Positions 29,697-40,353 of a stretch of DNA of 64,000 nt are shown one piece after another. Numbering within the stretch: position 1 is the stretch's first letter; every line of letters begins with the position of its first letter. The stretch is from IMG/VR virus record IMGVR_UViG_3300021256_000057, positions 64,001-128,000 of that record; one strand, given 5' to 3'. The position numbers were made by a program, and so were the translations under genes. The DNA comes from a virus. Its lineage: Duplodnaviria > Caudoviricetes. The notes beneath the pieces are model-generated. The model did not search any database, had not been told where the DNA came from, and worked only from the letters and a program-made list of their open reading frames with translations.

Positions 29697-30797
29697 TCAT
29701 GTTTGTTTTGGAAGAGCATCACCCAGTTTGCCCATGATCGGATTGATAGCCGGAGATGTCTCAACAATAGATACAGTCTTGTCCTTATCCAACGTAGAGA
29801 TAACTGGTTCGCCATTCTCATTCTTTGGAGTGATCTTCTCATCGAGTTCAAGGTCATATCTGAGATTGTACTTCCTAGGTTCTTTGTCTGTTTTCAAGTA
29901 ATCATCTGGCACTTCTACAAATACGTTCTGAGGATCATATCCGATACTAAAGATCGGGTCTAGCATAGCACGGATCACGTTTTCTCCATTGGCAAGCTGG
30001 ATAGACGATAGCGCACGGTATCCTGGGTTTATATCCTCGTTTGGATCGCCCTCATACTTGGAGTTCCTACTCCATACACCATGTCGCTTGTCTTCTGTGT
30101 CTAGTGTTGTAGGATTAGTCATCTTTTGCAGACTAGCATAATCAGCTCTTCTGTAATGGCCTACAAATGTGGGACCGAAATCAAGATCGCTGTCTCGTAG
30201 GTCTGTCAGTCTTACATCGATTCCTATCCTTGTTCTCGCATCCATTCTTACGCCAGCATGCTGCGCGATATACATACCGATAGGTCGTACATACTCTATA
30301 CATGCATCCAATGGTGTAGATGTAGCAAAATAAACAACATCAATGTATCCGTCCTCTGGGTGTGGGCCTACAAATACAGAGTTTACAGGGATGGATGGAT
30401 CATCAAGACGCTCCTTTGCTATCTCTGATCCACTATGGACAACACCATATTGGTCAGTATATCCAGATACTGCCTCATTCACTCTAAATGATGCTAGATT
30501 CGTCTCTGCTGCAAGTGTCATGCCTGTTACACTGCCTCTGTAGTTTATCATGGACATGAAGTACATGAGTACGAGCCGATTGAACGCTGGATAAAACCTA
30601 TCGTCATACTTGAAGCCCATCGTGTCTGCTAGTAGCCATAGCAGATCTGTAGGACATCTAAGAGGGTCATATAGGTCGATCAGGTTCTCTGTATCATACT
30701 GCATCTTTTCAAGGCATGTTGTGAATAGGTCTATGAAGAACCGAAAATCCTGACTATCTGTATATACTTCTGGAACTGATATCTTTTTTATATCCAT
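29697..30797 (-). CDS. baseplate wedge / P2 gpI-like tail protein
   Basis: DPLRCP..LL..LA..MG...YRGS..G motif; follows gp6-like gene. Confidence 0.75.
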   Translation of the reverse strand: MDIKKISVPEVYTDSQDFRFFIDLFTTCLEKMQYDTENLIDLYDPLRCPTDLLWLLADTMGFKYDDRFYPAFNRLVLMYFMSMINYRGSVTGMTLAAETNLASFRVNEAVSGYTDQYGVVHSGSEIAKERLDDPSIPVNSVFVGPHPEDGYIDVVYFATSTPLDACIEYVRPIGMYIAQHAGVRMDARTRIGIDVRLTDLRDSDLDFGPTFVGHYRRADYASLQKMTNPTTLDTEDKRHGVWSRNSKYEGDPNEDINPGYRALSSIQLANGENVIRAMLDPIFSIGYDPQNVFVEVPDDYLKTDKEPRKYNLRYDLELDEKITPKNENGEPVISTLDKDKTVSIVETSPAINPIMGKLGDALPKQT

Positions 30798-30812
30798 GAA
30801 CGGTCAGCTCCC

Positions 30813-32777
30813 TTACTGAATAAGATAGTCTGGTGCAATGCGGATATTGTTCTCCCCATCACCTACATCTTGATACTTTGCAAAACTGATTGGGTTGAAG
30901 TAGTCAATATCATACTTAACAAGTTTTGACTTACCGCCTACGACTGACCGTTCACCGTAGTTGATAACAGGGGTAGACAGACTTCCGGCATCAAAGTATC
31001 GGATAGATGGGTCAGCTCCCTGTATTACATCAACGACCTCCATGACAGTCGGCTTTTGACCAAACTCCCGGTTTGCAGGGGCAAAATACAAAGCAAGTGC
31101 TTCTTTTACCTTTGCGATCAATACAGCGGCATTATCCGCATTTAGAGGATACTTAGGATATATCTCCCCTACAACATACCATGGGAACACACGAACATAA
31201 CCAAACTGAATTTCTGTCGTCATCGCCTGTAGTGGCCTGAAATCATCATTGATGGCATCCGTAAAAGCCACTGGTGGAAGATATCTCTTATACGCGACCT
31301 GGTCTGTTATTGTTACCGTCACATTACCCGGCTCGGAGCTGTCCGCATATTTTGTTCCCAGGAAGTTATCGCTATCTTTGAAATCGTTGTGTACAACATA
31401 ACACATAGCAGTGTGTGTTGAGAAGCCCACTGTGAATGGATATCCATTTGATGTATCCACACCATCAAGTAGCTCTCTAAAATTTATCTTTGTTGTATCT
31501 GCTATTGGGAAGTCCTGTGGATTGATATACTGCTTTGACTTCTGTGCATCGGTCAATCCTGTATTGTGATAAATAGCAAGATTGATCTCCAATGCCTTCT
31601 GACAATCTATCACAGTAGCTGCATCTACACCAGATTCTCTTTTCAAGAACCGTGTGTAATCCGGCAATGTAATTAGAGAATCCCATGTATTGATGTAGTT
31701 CCTACTATTGAAGTATGCTTCTTTTGCTGTCTCTGGGCTTTTGCCAGTAACAGTATATGTATGTGGCAGCTCTATCGTGTTAGACAGGTTGCTGATCTTT
31801 AGCCCCTCAGCATCGAATACATTATAACGGCTATCATCCGATGCGGGGATGGCCGGTTGGAAGTTTTCAAGCACATCCTTGCTGACAGAGCCGATAACAC
31901 CAGAACATTCGATCCAGTACACAGTCAAGTAGTTGTTATCATAGTTATCCATCTGGTTAAGATAATTTGATACATATATCTGAGCGTTTGAATAATTATC
32001 ATACGCAACAGCAAATCTAGGCTCAGGATCAGTGAACTGGGCTACGCTCTCTACTTGCACCCAATTCTCTTCCAAAAACTCGTCAGAATGAAGTGTGGCC
32101 TTAGACTTTAGCCAGATAGACCGCGTATCTATGTGCTGAGATGGAAGTTTGATAATGTATCCATTATTCTTGACCTGCTGTACTGAAACTGTACAGCTCC
32201 GAAGTTCACCCTCTACTGCAACTCTTGTAACACTATCTCCTGGTGCAAGAGATACCCTATCGCTCGTTGCAAATACATTCGTATTATCTGTGACAAGCGA
32301 TCGTGTGCTCTTTGTGGTGTTCATACCGTAGGAGCTGGACGTAGGCAAGATATTATATGTGATAACTCTTGGTTGCTGTGTAATATCTGTATATGCGTTC
32401 AATGTGCAGAAGTTAGCGCCATTGAAGCCAAAATCGAGAAACATAGTGGTCTCACTTACATTTGTAAATGTTACCTCTGTCCTTGCTGCGGTGTACCATC
32501 CAAGTGTATAGCCTACCAGACCAAAGATCTTTTCTGCGTTCTTCCTTTGCGTCACAGATGGAGCATACATCTCATTTGACATCCAGTCCAGATTGACAGA
32601 GAGCATGTCCGCTGAACTGGCCAGTAGAGACATCAAAACATATCCTGGGTCTGCTGTAGCATCTGGAGACCATAGCTCTGTCAGCTTTGGTACAGCATCT
32701 TTCATATCCTCTAATATGGAGTTATAGTCCCTACTTGTGTATCGTATCATTCCCCTGTTCGTGTCTGCCAACGTCAT
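30813..32777 (-). CDS. baseplate wedge protein (T4 gp6 / gpJ-like)
   Basis: YTSRDYNSI..W...DPG, ETAKEA..LITLPDY. Confidence 0.85.
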   Translation of the reverse strand: MTLADTNRGMIRYTSRDYNSILEDMKDAVPKLTELWSPDATADPGYVLMSLLASSADMLSVNLDWMSNEMYAPSVTQRKNAEKIFGLVGYTLGWYTAARTEVTFTNVSETTMFLDFGFNGANFCTLNAYTDITQQPRVITYNILPTSSSYGMNTTKSTRSLVTDNTNVFATSDRVSLAPGDSVTRVAVEGELRSCTVSVQQVKNNGYIIKLPSQHIDTRSIWLKSKATLHSDEFLEENWVQVESVAQFTDPEPRFAVAYDNYSNAQIYVSNYLNQMDNYDNNYLTVYWIECSGVIGSVSKDVLENFQPAIPASDDSRYNVFDAEGLKISNLSNTIELPHTYTVTGKSPETAKEAYFNSRNYINTWDSLITLPDYTRFLKRESGVDAATVIDCQKALEINLAIYHNTGLTDAQKSKQYINPQDFPIADTTKINFRELLDGVDTSNGYPFTVGFSTHTAMCYVVHNDFKDSDNFLGTKYADSSEPGNVTVTITDQVAYKRYLPPVAFTDAINDDFRPLQAMTTEIQFGYVRVFPWYVVGEIYPKYPLNADNAAVLIAKVKEALALYFAPANREFGQKPTVMEVVDVIQGADPSIRYFDAGSLSTPVINYGERSVVGGKSKLVKYDIDYFNPISFAKYQDVGDGENNIRIAPDYLIQ

Positions 32778-33187
32778 TCACCCACTTTCACAGTATCTCC
32801 GTATATCGTTTTGATACCAACCGTCATTTCAAGTGTATTGTAATTCTGTACAACACTACCATCGCTACCAGATATCAACAGACCGTCTGCGTATGCAGTC
32901 TCATCTGGTATACAACATGGTTCGTGGATACGGAGCTGTTCTTCTATCCTATCCTTTATAATGGCCTTTTGATTATCATTGTTGTACTGCCATAGATGCC
33001 GTTTTAGACCTACACCGAAGTTAGGTACATTGTATAGCTCTGTAGGCTCTGTCAATATCAATAGTCTGCTCCGATTTGCTATCGAGGCATTCCCTTCTAA
33101 AACTGCCACCTGACCATGTGCTACATTGAACATATCTGGAAACGCTATGCTTTTTGTCATTGATTCACACTCCGATCTCAGTTGCAC
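32774..33187 (-). CDS. baseplate gp25/GPW-like protein
   Basis: LILTEPTEL..PNFGVGL...EP; probable start 33160. Confidence 0.85.
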   Translation of the reverse strand: MQLRSECESMTKSIAFPDMFNVAHGQVAVLEGNASIANRSRLLILTEPTELYNVPNFGVGLKRHLWQYNNDNQKAIIKDRIEEQLRIHEPCCIPDETAYADGLLISGSDGSVVQNYNTLEMTVGIKTIYGDTVKVGE

Positions 33188-33464
33188 CTGAATAATAACT
33201 ACCGCCAGTCAAACCTATCACGATCCATTCTGAATTAGCTGGGTTTATCGCAGACAGCGCGGCGACCTCGCCCTCTGCTGGTAGATGTGGTAATAACAGA
33301 GACGGATACCATGGGAGATCCTTATCTCTTGTATAATTCCGTATCGTTCTACCTCTATAACTGGATTGATCATAAGGACCATGGATAGATGGTACTCTAA
33401 CTTGTATCATAAGTGTGCCATCACCGGTATATTTATAGTTTTTCACATATCCATATGTTATCAA
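33165..33464 (-). CDS. gp5/Vgr OB-fold-like baseplate spike protein
   Basis: IQVRVPSIHG..DLPW..LP..GE.V pattern next to gp25. Confidence 0.6.
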   Translation of the reverse strand: MITYGYVKNYKYTGDGTLMIQVRVPSIHGPYDQSSYRGRTIRNYTRDKDLPWYPSLLLPHLPAEGEVAALSAINPANSEWIVIGLTGGSYYSGATEIGV

Positions 33465-33529
33465 GATAGTACACCACCTATCAAATGCAAAGATCGAGGG
33501 AGCTACAAAGCTCCCTCTTATATATAATG

Positions 33530-34387
33530 TTAGTCGTAGTTCATCAAGATAGCTTCTACCATCTTTGACCTGTTTGATTCTTTAGCACCAACATGATAGT
33601 AATGATCCACATTTAGTTTTTTACAAAAGCCCCATACGCTCTCCAAGTATGTGTTATGTCTATATTGATTATGATCCCAAGAAGACAGCATGAACCGACA
33701 TTTTGATGATACTAGAGCATCCCTTAAACTAGACTCACAACGCTCATCCCATGTATCATAGTAATCCACATGTCTATCAATATATGGAGGATCGCAGTAA
33801 ATAAACGCATCTTCATCACATTGTAGTATAGTTTCACGATAGTCCTGGCAAACAAATTTCCAGTCCTTGCAGGATAATTGATCTTCTACATACTTAACTT
33901 GGTTCACTATCTTTGTTATGTATGATTTTGAAAACCGATTAGGTTTATGACAATAAGGGACATTGAACTTATTATCCCTATTGAACCTCATCATGCCATT
34001 AAAGCAGGCTCTATTCAGAAAAAGAAAATCAAGTGGATCACCGCCATTATTGAACCTATCTCGAACCTCATAATAATACTCTGTATCCTGTTTTGACAAG
34101 ATCTGCCCCTGTTCTGTCAAGTATTCTCTAACTATACTCGATGTGACACGTTTATCCTTTATTGCATTGTAGAAACCAATAATGTGCGGATTTATATCAG
34201 AAAACACGGCAGTAGAAGCAGATACATTAAACCCAACAACACCAGAACCCATAAATGGCTCTACCCATGTTGTATTTGAGCTTATCTTGATGTTAGATTT
34301 TATTACAGGGACAAGTTTTGTCTTTATTCCTTGAATCTTAATTGGCGGCACATGTACTTTTCCAAACTCTGGAGTATTATCCATCAT
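33530..34387 (-). CDS. dam: DNA adenine methyltransferase (D12 class, Dam-like)
   Basis: EPFMGSG (motif I), LNRACFNG, YCDPPY (motif IV). Confidence 0.9.
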   Translation of the reverse strand: MMDNTPEFGKVHVPPIKIQGIKTKLVPVIKSNIKISSNTTWVEPFMGSGVVGFNVSASTAVFSDINPHIIGFYNAIKDKRVTSSIVREYLTEQGQILSKQDTEYYYEVRDRFNNGGDPLDFLFLNRACFNGMMRFNRDNKFNVPYCHKPNRFSKSYITKIVNQVKYVEDQLSCKDWKFVCQDYRETILQCDEDAFIYCDPPYIDRHVDYYDTWDERCESSLRDALVSSKCRFMLSSWDHNQYRHNTYLESVWGFCKKLNVDHYYHVGAKESNRSKMVEAILMNYD

Positions 34388-34734
34388 TCACCCTCTACGA
34401 TCTCAAAGTGTTCGAGCACAAACTTGATACGTTCCTGAACAGTATATACTTCATCATACCCTTTTACAACACGCTTCACGTTGGATCTTGCGCCATTAGT
34501 CTTTATAGGCACAAATCGGATAGAACAGGGATGGATGACATTATCGTATGTTGGATACAGTTCGAGCCATCCATCAGCATCTGTAATCGTATTGTGAAGT
34601 TTTGAGTTCAAGTATGTTTCAAGCTCACCGCTCAATACATCCACATACTCTCTAGTATAGGTAGAATTCTGGTCAATTAGCGAAAACCGCATACTGTCTA
34701 GATTCTTAACTCTTGAAGTATTTCTTGAATCCAT
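34384..34734 (-). CDS. hypothetical protein
   Basis: ORF with SD AAAGGA. Confidence 0.65.
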   Translation of the reverse strand: MDSRNTSRVKNLDSMRFSLIDQNSTYTREYVDVLSGELETYLNSKLHNTITDADGWLELYPTYDNVIHPCSIRFVPIKTNGARSNVKRVVKGYDEVYTVQERIKFVLEHFEIVEGE

Positions 34735-34761
34735 CGTACAGTTCCTTTCTTGTAGTGCAAT

Positions 34762-35061
34762 TTATGGAAGTGGGTCGTAAGTTGCTTCACCAAGCACAGT
34801 AAGCCTAGCGATCACATTCTCGTTTTGTAGCATCTTAACAGCATAGTTATCATACCACTCCGCCTTTTGCAGATCCTGTTCTGATGGATTTCCGTCTTTA
34901 TCACCCTCACGGTATCTGTACTTAAAAGCGTTTAGGCGGCAGAAGTAGTACACCGCAAGTGGTCCGTACTTCTCTTCCATCTCCACGATACACTCTTTCC
35001 TACCAGGCTTGTTATAGTGGCTCGGATGGTCAACATTCTTTTTGATATCATCATTCATCAA
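34762..35061 (-). CDS. DUF3310 family protein
   Basis: NVDHPSHY..ECI..NAFKY.YR...DLQKAEWY. Confidence 0.85.
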   Translation of the reverse strand: MMNDDIKKNVDHPSHYNKPGRKECIVEMEEKYGPLAVYYFCRLNAFKYRYREGDKDGNPSEQDLQKAEWYDNYAVKMLQNENVIARLTVLGEATYDPLP

Positions 35062-35376
35062 TCAAACAGCTCCTTTGTAGTAGTCAGTGTCGATGCGATC
35101 AAACTTAGCAAGCAGACAATCTGCACACAGCACAGTATCCTTGTTATATCTGTAAAGCTCTTCTACATTTGCTCCGCAGTCATCACAGATCAGGATGCAC
35201 TGTTTCTCTTTACGACCACAATTGATGCATGTATCGCAATGTTCACAAGTGTCTTCAAATCTGATAGGCATAATAATCATCTCTTTCCTATTTTTCTTAT
35301 CGTTGCAGATATACGTTCGTTCTCTGCCAATTTGTCTTTGTATTTCTGATTGCGGTTCTTTTCGTACTCTTTCCAA
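35062..35376 (-). CDS. small Cys-rich zinc-finger protein
   Basis: CxxC motifs; probable start near 35271. Confidence 0.55.
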   Translation of the reverse strand: MERVRKEPQSEIQRQIGRERTYICNDKKNRKEMIIMPIRFEDTCEHCDTCINCGRKEKQCILICDDCGANVEELYRYNKDTVLCADCLLAKFDRIDTDYYKGAV

Positions 35377-35486
35377 GGAGTACAGTCTATCCTACATGTT
35401 GCAGAGCGATTTGGACAATCTGGTTTACATGGATGATCCACGATGGTCAGCTCCTTATTATTTATTTGGAAACAAATGAATGTCAC
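35277..35486 (-). CDS. small Cys-rich protein
   Basis: PCKPDCPNRSATCRIDC..WKEY. Confidence 0.55.
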   Translation of the reverse strand: MTFICFQINNKELTIVDHPCKPDCPNRSATCRIDCTPWKEYEKNRNQKYKDKLAENERISATIRKIGKR

Positions 35487-35806
35487 AAGTCTTTCTCAAC
35501 AACGACACACTTATCAGGATTTAAGTCAAACGCACCGTTCACCAATAATTTAAGTAGATTGTGTGCTGGTCTTAACTCTCTGTCAAGATTCTCACAATCT
35601 CCAAGTGTGATCTCGAACGGTTCGCCGACCTGCGGATAGATGAACAGGTGGTACCCGTATTCCGTAATAATTCTTAAGTCTGCAAAAACAACATTATGCG
35701 TGCTGATATATTCTACCCCTTCGTTAAGTTGCTCAATAATATCGCTATACGCTTCTGCTGTTGCATAGTGCTTATTGCCAAAGCAAACAACAAACTTCTT
35801 TTCCAC
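35483..35806 (-). CDS. hypothetical protein
   Basis: ORF in operon. Confidence 0.65.
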   Translation of the reverse strand: MEKKFVVCFGNKHYATAEAYSDIIEQLNEGVEYISTHNVVFADLRIITEYGYHLFIYPQVGEPFEITLGDCENLDRELRPAHNLLKLLVNGAFDLNPDKCVVVEKDL

Positions 35807-35824
35807 GGTGCAACCCTCACTTTC

Positions 35825-36142
35825 TCATAGTCTCATGATTGTTTCCGTTTCGTTTCGTATTTGCAATTCGTCCAGGATGACGGCTTTGAGCTCAGCCGGC
35901 GTCCGACGCTTTTCAGACAGGTAGTCTTTCAGCAGCTCTGACGGCAAGCCTCGCAGCAGCGCGATGGCGTCTTGTAGCCTGCCATAGGTGTAGTCGTGTT
36001 TGACGTCATAGTCTGCCGCGCAAATATTGTCATAGAAACAATACACGTCATTTTTGTCTTGGCACGATAGGTGGCACTTGCTGCACATACCTTCCATCTT
36101 CGCAACATAGTCCGTCTTAAGCTCTCCCCATGCTGTATTCAT
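35825..36142 (-). CDS. hypothetical protein ending IMRL
   Basis: ORF with SD; shared C-terminal tail. Confidence 0.65.
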   Translation of the reverse strand: MNTAWGELKTDYVAKMEGMCSKCHLSCQDKNDVYCFYDNICAADYDVKHDYTYGRLQDAIALLRGLPSELLKDYLSEKRRTPAELKAVILDELQIRNETETIMRL

Positions 36143-36154
36143 AGCCTCATTTCC

Positions 36155-36730
36155 TCACTTATGCCACCTCATCTTTAGAATGAATTTGATCATTTTCAAA
36201 TAGTTATCTCTAATTGTATCATAGGCTTTCTTAGATTCATCATCAGGCAGTCTATCGGATATGACATCAGATGTGGTATCAAGCCAGTCTTGATAGAACT
36301 TGGTCAGCTCCGATCTTGTCATCTCTTCAAGAGTTCTTAGAGCGCCATGATAAGAGTGAGCATCTACATTGATCAATTTGATGTACTTTGCTACTTCGTC
36401 AAATTCTTCCTTGCCGAAGAACTCAACAAGTACAGGCTCTAGCTGGATGATCTGTATATCATCTAGGAGGATGTCTACACCAGCTTGATCTACAGTAAAT
36501 ATCTTCATACTAGAGATACTAGCATTATCATCAATATAACCGTTCACTTTGTCAAAGAGCCAATTTACGCGACTTGCATCTCCATTGTTATGCCCGATAG
36601 ACCAAGATCGCAAGCTGATCGACTTGATCCTACAAAATGGAAGATTTTTCTCAATTAAGATACGTCTCTTATTATCTTTCAGGCCATTCTTCCATAACCT
36701 GACCCTAGCTATAAGCAGTCTAAGTGACAC
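36155..36730 (-). CDS. hypothetical protein
   Basis: ORF downstream of motif at 36762. Confidence 0.65.
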   Translation of the reverse strand: MSLRLLIARVRLWKNGLKDNKRRILIEKNLPFCRIKSISLRSWSIGHNNGDASRVNWLFDKVNGYIDDNASISSMKIFTVDQAGVDILLDDIQIIQLEPVLVEFFGKEEFDEVAKYIKLINVDAHSYHGALRTLEEMTRSELTKFYQDWLDTTSDVISDRLPDDESKKAYDTIRDNYLKMIKFILKMRWHK

Positions 36731-36848
36731 ACTATCACGCCTTTCGATTTGTGCTATCTATTATAACGAGTGTGAAAGAATCAAAAAGATGCAGTCCTAT
36801 TGAACTGCATCTATATGTAAATATTCTGTGAACGTATACACATCTATA

Positions 36849-36877
36849 TTGACTTATGTGGATTTATGTGCTATAAT
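36849..36877 (+). promoter_or_regulatory. sigmaA promoter for the HTH / AcrVA2-like operon
   Basis: TTGACT-17 nt-TATAAT with extended -10 TG. Confidence 0.75.
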
Positions 36878-36908
36878 AAAGAAAACATGTAGAAAGGTGG
36901 CGATAGCC

Positions 36909-37649
36909 ATGACAAAAGAGACTGCATATTTGTTAGGGCAGGTCTATGGAAAACTGATCAGCCTTAACAAGAACTGGGACACGATGGCCAGACTAACGAT
37001 CGCTATGAGAAAGCCCATGCGAGCTATCACGGAGCTGCACTTGAATGCGATTCGTTCCAAATTTTTCACTGATGATGTACAAGAGTACATCATGTTCCGT
37101 CTTGCAGATGTGTCTGTAGATGATGCTATGAGCGATATGAACACAGAGACATCCAGCTCGTTCATGCTCGGTGTGCATTCCTTCGATCTGGATGCCCCAC
37201 AGCTCATCAAGAACATAGATCTAACACAGGAAGAGATCGCAGAAAAGCTCGGTGTGAGCGCAAACACTGTATCGAGATGGAAACTCGGTACATCATCGCC
37301 ATCTCAAAAGACGCTGTATAAATTGCAGAAGCTCAGGATCGATCCGTTCGGCTTTGAGAGATATGAGGATATGGTGCTGATAGACGAGGTATGGCATGAT
37401 CCGTCTCATCCGTATGAACTTATCGTAGAGGATCGTGGCAACTTCTATGTCTATGGTAAGCCGTTCATCAAATCCCCTAGTAGCAGTCAGTTCCGCAGAT
37501 TCCCCACAAGGCCGGTCGAAAAGGCAAGACCCGGATATCTCCATAGGTATGGCATCTGGGCAAGAGGATTATGCAGAAGAAAGGATGTAGATCTGTATGA
37601 AAAAGAAAAAGCCGGATCCGATGCCTCTGGCAGCGATCAAGAACCTTAA
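36909..37649 (+). CDS. XRE-type HTH protein (central HTH)
   Basis: LTQEEIAEKLGVSANTVSRWKLGTSSP; ATG at 36909 after AAAGGTGG. Confidence 0.8.
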   Translation: MTKETAYLLGQVYGKLISLNKNWDTMARLTIAMRKPMRAITELHLNAIRSKFFTDDVQEYIMFRLADVSVDDAMSDMNTETSSSFMLGVHSFDLDAPQLIKNIDLTQEEIAEKLGVSANTVSRWKLGTSSPSQKTLYKLQKLRIDPFGFERYEDMVLIDEVWHDPSHPYELIVEDRGNFYVYGKPFIKSPSSSQFRRFPTRPVEKARPGYLHRYGIWARGLCRRKDVDLYEKEKAGSDASGSDQEP

Positions 37650-38514
37650 AGAGAACCATCCTGATGTATGGCGGAAGGTCGATGCTAATGATATCAATTC
37701 TGCGGTAGAATATGCAAAGTCCCATAACATCCCTGAATCCGCATATATTATCGCTGCTCTGTCTCGGTGGAGACTCAGCAAGCAAATCTTTGAGGTCAAT
37801 GAGGAGCTGTGCAAGATCCTCATGAACTCGGATAAACTTGATGAGGAGATACCGAACGAAGTGATCAATAGATTGATCTACAACTCCTTTTACGTCAAAC
37901 TACCAGAGAATTTCTTGACAGTACGTTCTGTAAACGGAGAATCTATGGATCTTCCCATGGATGGCTTCTTCTACAATGTTATAAATAAATCCATCCTGAT
38001 CGTTATCATGTACAGTACAGGACACACCCAGAGCCTCGGATTTGACATCTACAATGACTTGTCGCTTAGGGCATGTATGGAGAAGCATATGACTGCTAAC
38101 AGTGATGTATACAAGACAGTCAACTTCTTCTTACAGATCGTTCTATATCTCTGTGCGGATAATGCGGACATTGAGGAAAACAAAGTTCAGCGCTCTGTGT
38201 ATAAGCAAAGTCCTATCGTAACAGATAGATACTCAGAAGTCCGTAAATGGGATGTTGGTTGGAGATATGGCAATGCTATTAAAAAGATGAGATCAAGTCA
38301 GGCTACGGATGGATCACACGCAGAAGCATCTCATGTTGGATCTCATACCAGGAAAAGGACACATGTCCGCAGAGGACACTATCATCATTACTGGGTAGGA
38401 TCTGAGAAGTCTGGTAACAGGGAGCTGATCTTAAAGTGGACATCACCAGTGGTAGTCAACGCAGAATACGAAAACACTGCAACTATCCACAGAGTTATCC
38501 ATAAAGTGAAGTAA
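37597..38514 (+). CDS. AcrVA2/FinQ-like protein
   Basis: WRLSKQIF, LYLCA.NADI, WDVG.RYG, RTHVRRGHYHHYWVG..LKW. Confidence 0.6.
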   Translation: MKKKKPDPMPLAAIKNLKENHPDVWRKVDANDINSAVEYAKSHNIPESAYIIAALSRWRLSKQIFEVNEELCKILMNSDKLDEEIPNEVINRLIYNSFYVKLPENFLTVRSVNGESMDLPMDGFFYNVINKSILIVIMYSTGHTQSLGFDIYNDLSLRACMEKHMTANSDVYKTVNFFLQIVLYLCADNADIEENKVQRSVYKQSPIVTDRYSEVRKWDVGWRYGNAIKKMRSSQATDGSHAEASHVGSHTRKRTHVRRGHYHHYWVGSEKSGNRELILKWTSPVVVNAEYENTATIHRVIHKVK

Positions 38515-38515
38515 G

Positions 38516-38560
38516 TAAAAAATGGGAGCTGTGCATCATAACAGATGTACAGCTCCTTTT
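38516..38560. terminator. bidirectional terminator between convergent genes
   Basis: GGAGCTGT..ACAGCTCC stem flanked by A and T tracts. Confidence 0.7.
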
Positions 38561-38613
38561 CTATATCAATAAGAAATACCCTGCTAGTGTTATCCAGCAG
38601 GGCATTGTCTTCA

Positions 38614-39042
38614 TCAAAGACCTAGTTTGTTTAGAATCCAAGCAGAAATGTTCGGAGCTGCATCTTCGGCCACCATGCGCTTGATCTGTTCAAGCTGCGC
38701 GTTGGTGACCGAGATCGACAATACAGTCTTCTCACCATCTTCATCAACATCACCGAAAATCTTTTCATACGCATCTACATCGAGATACTCCTCAGCCCAC
38801 TTCTTTGCGTCTGCGTATGACATCGGCATGATGCGCTCACCAGGAGCCCACTCAGACATACCAGCGGATTCAGCGTACTTGCTACCAGCATGGCCATATC
38901 CGTGCAGGAAGAACTCGCCACCGCGCTTGCGGTAGAGTGTCTCACAGTAGTAGTCATACTGTGATTTGGAGCTGTGCGTGTACTGTGCCAATTCCTGTGC
39001 TGTATCGGTGTCATACCGTTTTCCGTTAATAATCTTTTTCAT
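38614..39042 (-). CDS. conserved Firmicute-phage protein (possible C-terminal RHH)
   Basis: MKKIINGKRYDTDTA..ETLYRKR.GEFFL. Confidence 0.75.
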   Translation of the reverse strand: MKKIINGKRYDTDTAQELAQYTHSSKSQYDYYCETLYRKRGGEFFLHGYGHAGSKYAESAGMSEWAPGERIMPMSYADAKKWAEEYLDVDAYEKIFGDVDEDGEKTVLSISVTNAQLEQIKRMVAEDAAPNISAWILNKLGL

Positions 39043-39064
39043 TGCATGTGATCCTCAATTCCGA

Positions 39065-39301
39065 TTATTCTCTAAAAAAGTCAACTCTGGAATTTCTGAA
39101 CGTTTTCGTAGTACCATCGGCGAATGTTACGATCGTGTACTCGTTGTATTCGTCGATTTCATCAATACCAGTGTTATGAGCTTCATCTGCACTGAGCTTT
39201 TTCACATCGAACGACCAGACATCCTTGTAAATACGCTCTTCGAGCTTCTTGCTTTCTACATTGTACTTGCAGCCATCGTAGATCTTTACCTTGATAACCA
39301 T
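39065..39301 (-). CDS. hypothetical protein
   Basis: SD GGAGGTGG. Confidence 0.7.
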   Translation of the reverse strand: MVIKVKIYDGCKYNVESKKLEERIYKDVWSFDVKKLSADEAHNTGIDEIDEYNEYTIVTFADGTTKTFRNSRVDFFRE

Positions 39302-39330
39302 TGTACCACCTCCATTGTTTAATGTGCGTC

Positions 39331-39750
39331 TTACTGCATCAGCAGTTTCTTGATGATCTCCTGCTTGTGTTCTTTGATAGCATTCTTCGTATCTGCGGGC
39401 AGGATAGCCCAGCCAGGAACCAGGATGTGCTCACCGTCCTCGTGCATCCTAAGATGGTATTTTTCAATCAGCTCCTCGACATAGGACAGCGGAGTATGCT
39501 CTGCGATCCATCTCTCTGCGATCCAGCTCTCTGCGGTCTGTATGCTGTGCATCCCTGCGGTGATCTCGTCCCAGCCGCCCCACTCAGCATCATCGAGCAT
39601 CTCGATAACCTCACCGTCCCACAGGCGCTCTACCTTGTCACAGATCTCGTCATCGCTAAGGTCAAAGTCGATCACGGCAGTGCCACGGTCATCGTCCATC
39701 AGGATGAGATAGTTCATCGTGTTATCTTGGCCTACAAACAGTCTTCTCAT
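39331..39750 (-). CDS. hypothetical early protein
   Basis: SD AGGAGG; promoter at 39811. Confidence 0.7.
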   Translation of the reverse strand: MRRLFVGQDNTMNYLILMDDDRGTAVIDFDLSDDEICDKVERLWDGEVIEMLDDAEWGGWDEITAGMHSIQTAESWIAERWIAEHTPLSYVEELIEKYHLRMHEDGEHILVPGWAILPADTKNAIKEHKQEIIKKLLMQ

Positions 39751-39810
39751 GATATGCCTCCTATTTCATGCAGATCTTCTGGGCATCCGCTAAACCCTAT
39801 CCTCTATTAC

Positions 39811-39839
39811 ATTATAGCATACTTTTGCATAAATGTCAA
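39811..39839 (-). promoter_or_regulatory. consensus sigmaA promoter
   Basis: TTGACA-17 nt-TATAAT with TG. Confidence 0.85.
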
Positions 39840-39957
39840 TCCATATAACAATTATGTAAATGTATATATGTAGAAAACAGAGTGAATATTTGTGCAGCAT
39901 GCTAATAGCAAAACCCGGCTACAGTCTAAACCATAGCCGGGTGTTTTGTCACTGTGT

Positions 39958-40335
39958 TTACTCGTTGAGCATCTTCTTGAGGTCCTCGATGGACATGTTC
40001 ATCAGTGACTGATCCTCCTTGGCAGCGATGATCTCTGCGATACGCTGCTTCTTCTGCTTCTCCTGTGCGAGAGCCAGCTTCTTATCATTAGCGTCCTTCT
40101 TCGTAGCAAATACATCTTTGACGATCTCGATCTTGATGTCTACAGATGTGGGAGCTGTACCAACGTCAAGGAGAGAGTCACCAGACATCGCTTGCTTCTC
40201 CTTATTCAGGGACTTGTACAGAGCATCCAGCTCCTTCATGTTGAGATGGTACAGATCCTCTACACAGAGGTTTCCCTTATCGGTCTTGAACCGAAGTGCC
40301 TCCATTGCTGCGATCTTATAGATGTTAGTCTCCAT
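39958..40335 (-). CDS. conserved phage coiled-coil protein
   Basis: LRF.T.KG.L.VEDL..L. Confidence 0.75.
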   Translation of the reverse strand: METNIYKIAAMEALRFKTDKGNLCVEDLYHLNMKELDALYKSLNKEKQAMSGDSLLDVGTAPTSVDIKIEIVKDVFATKKDANDKKLALAQEKQKKQRIAEIIAAKEDQSLMNMSIEDLKKMLNE

Positions 40336-40353
40336 TTGTAATACTTCCTTTCC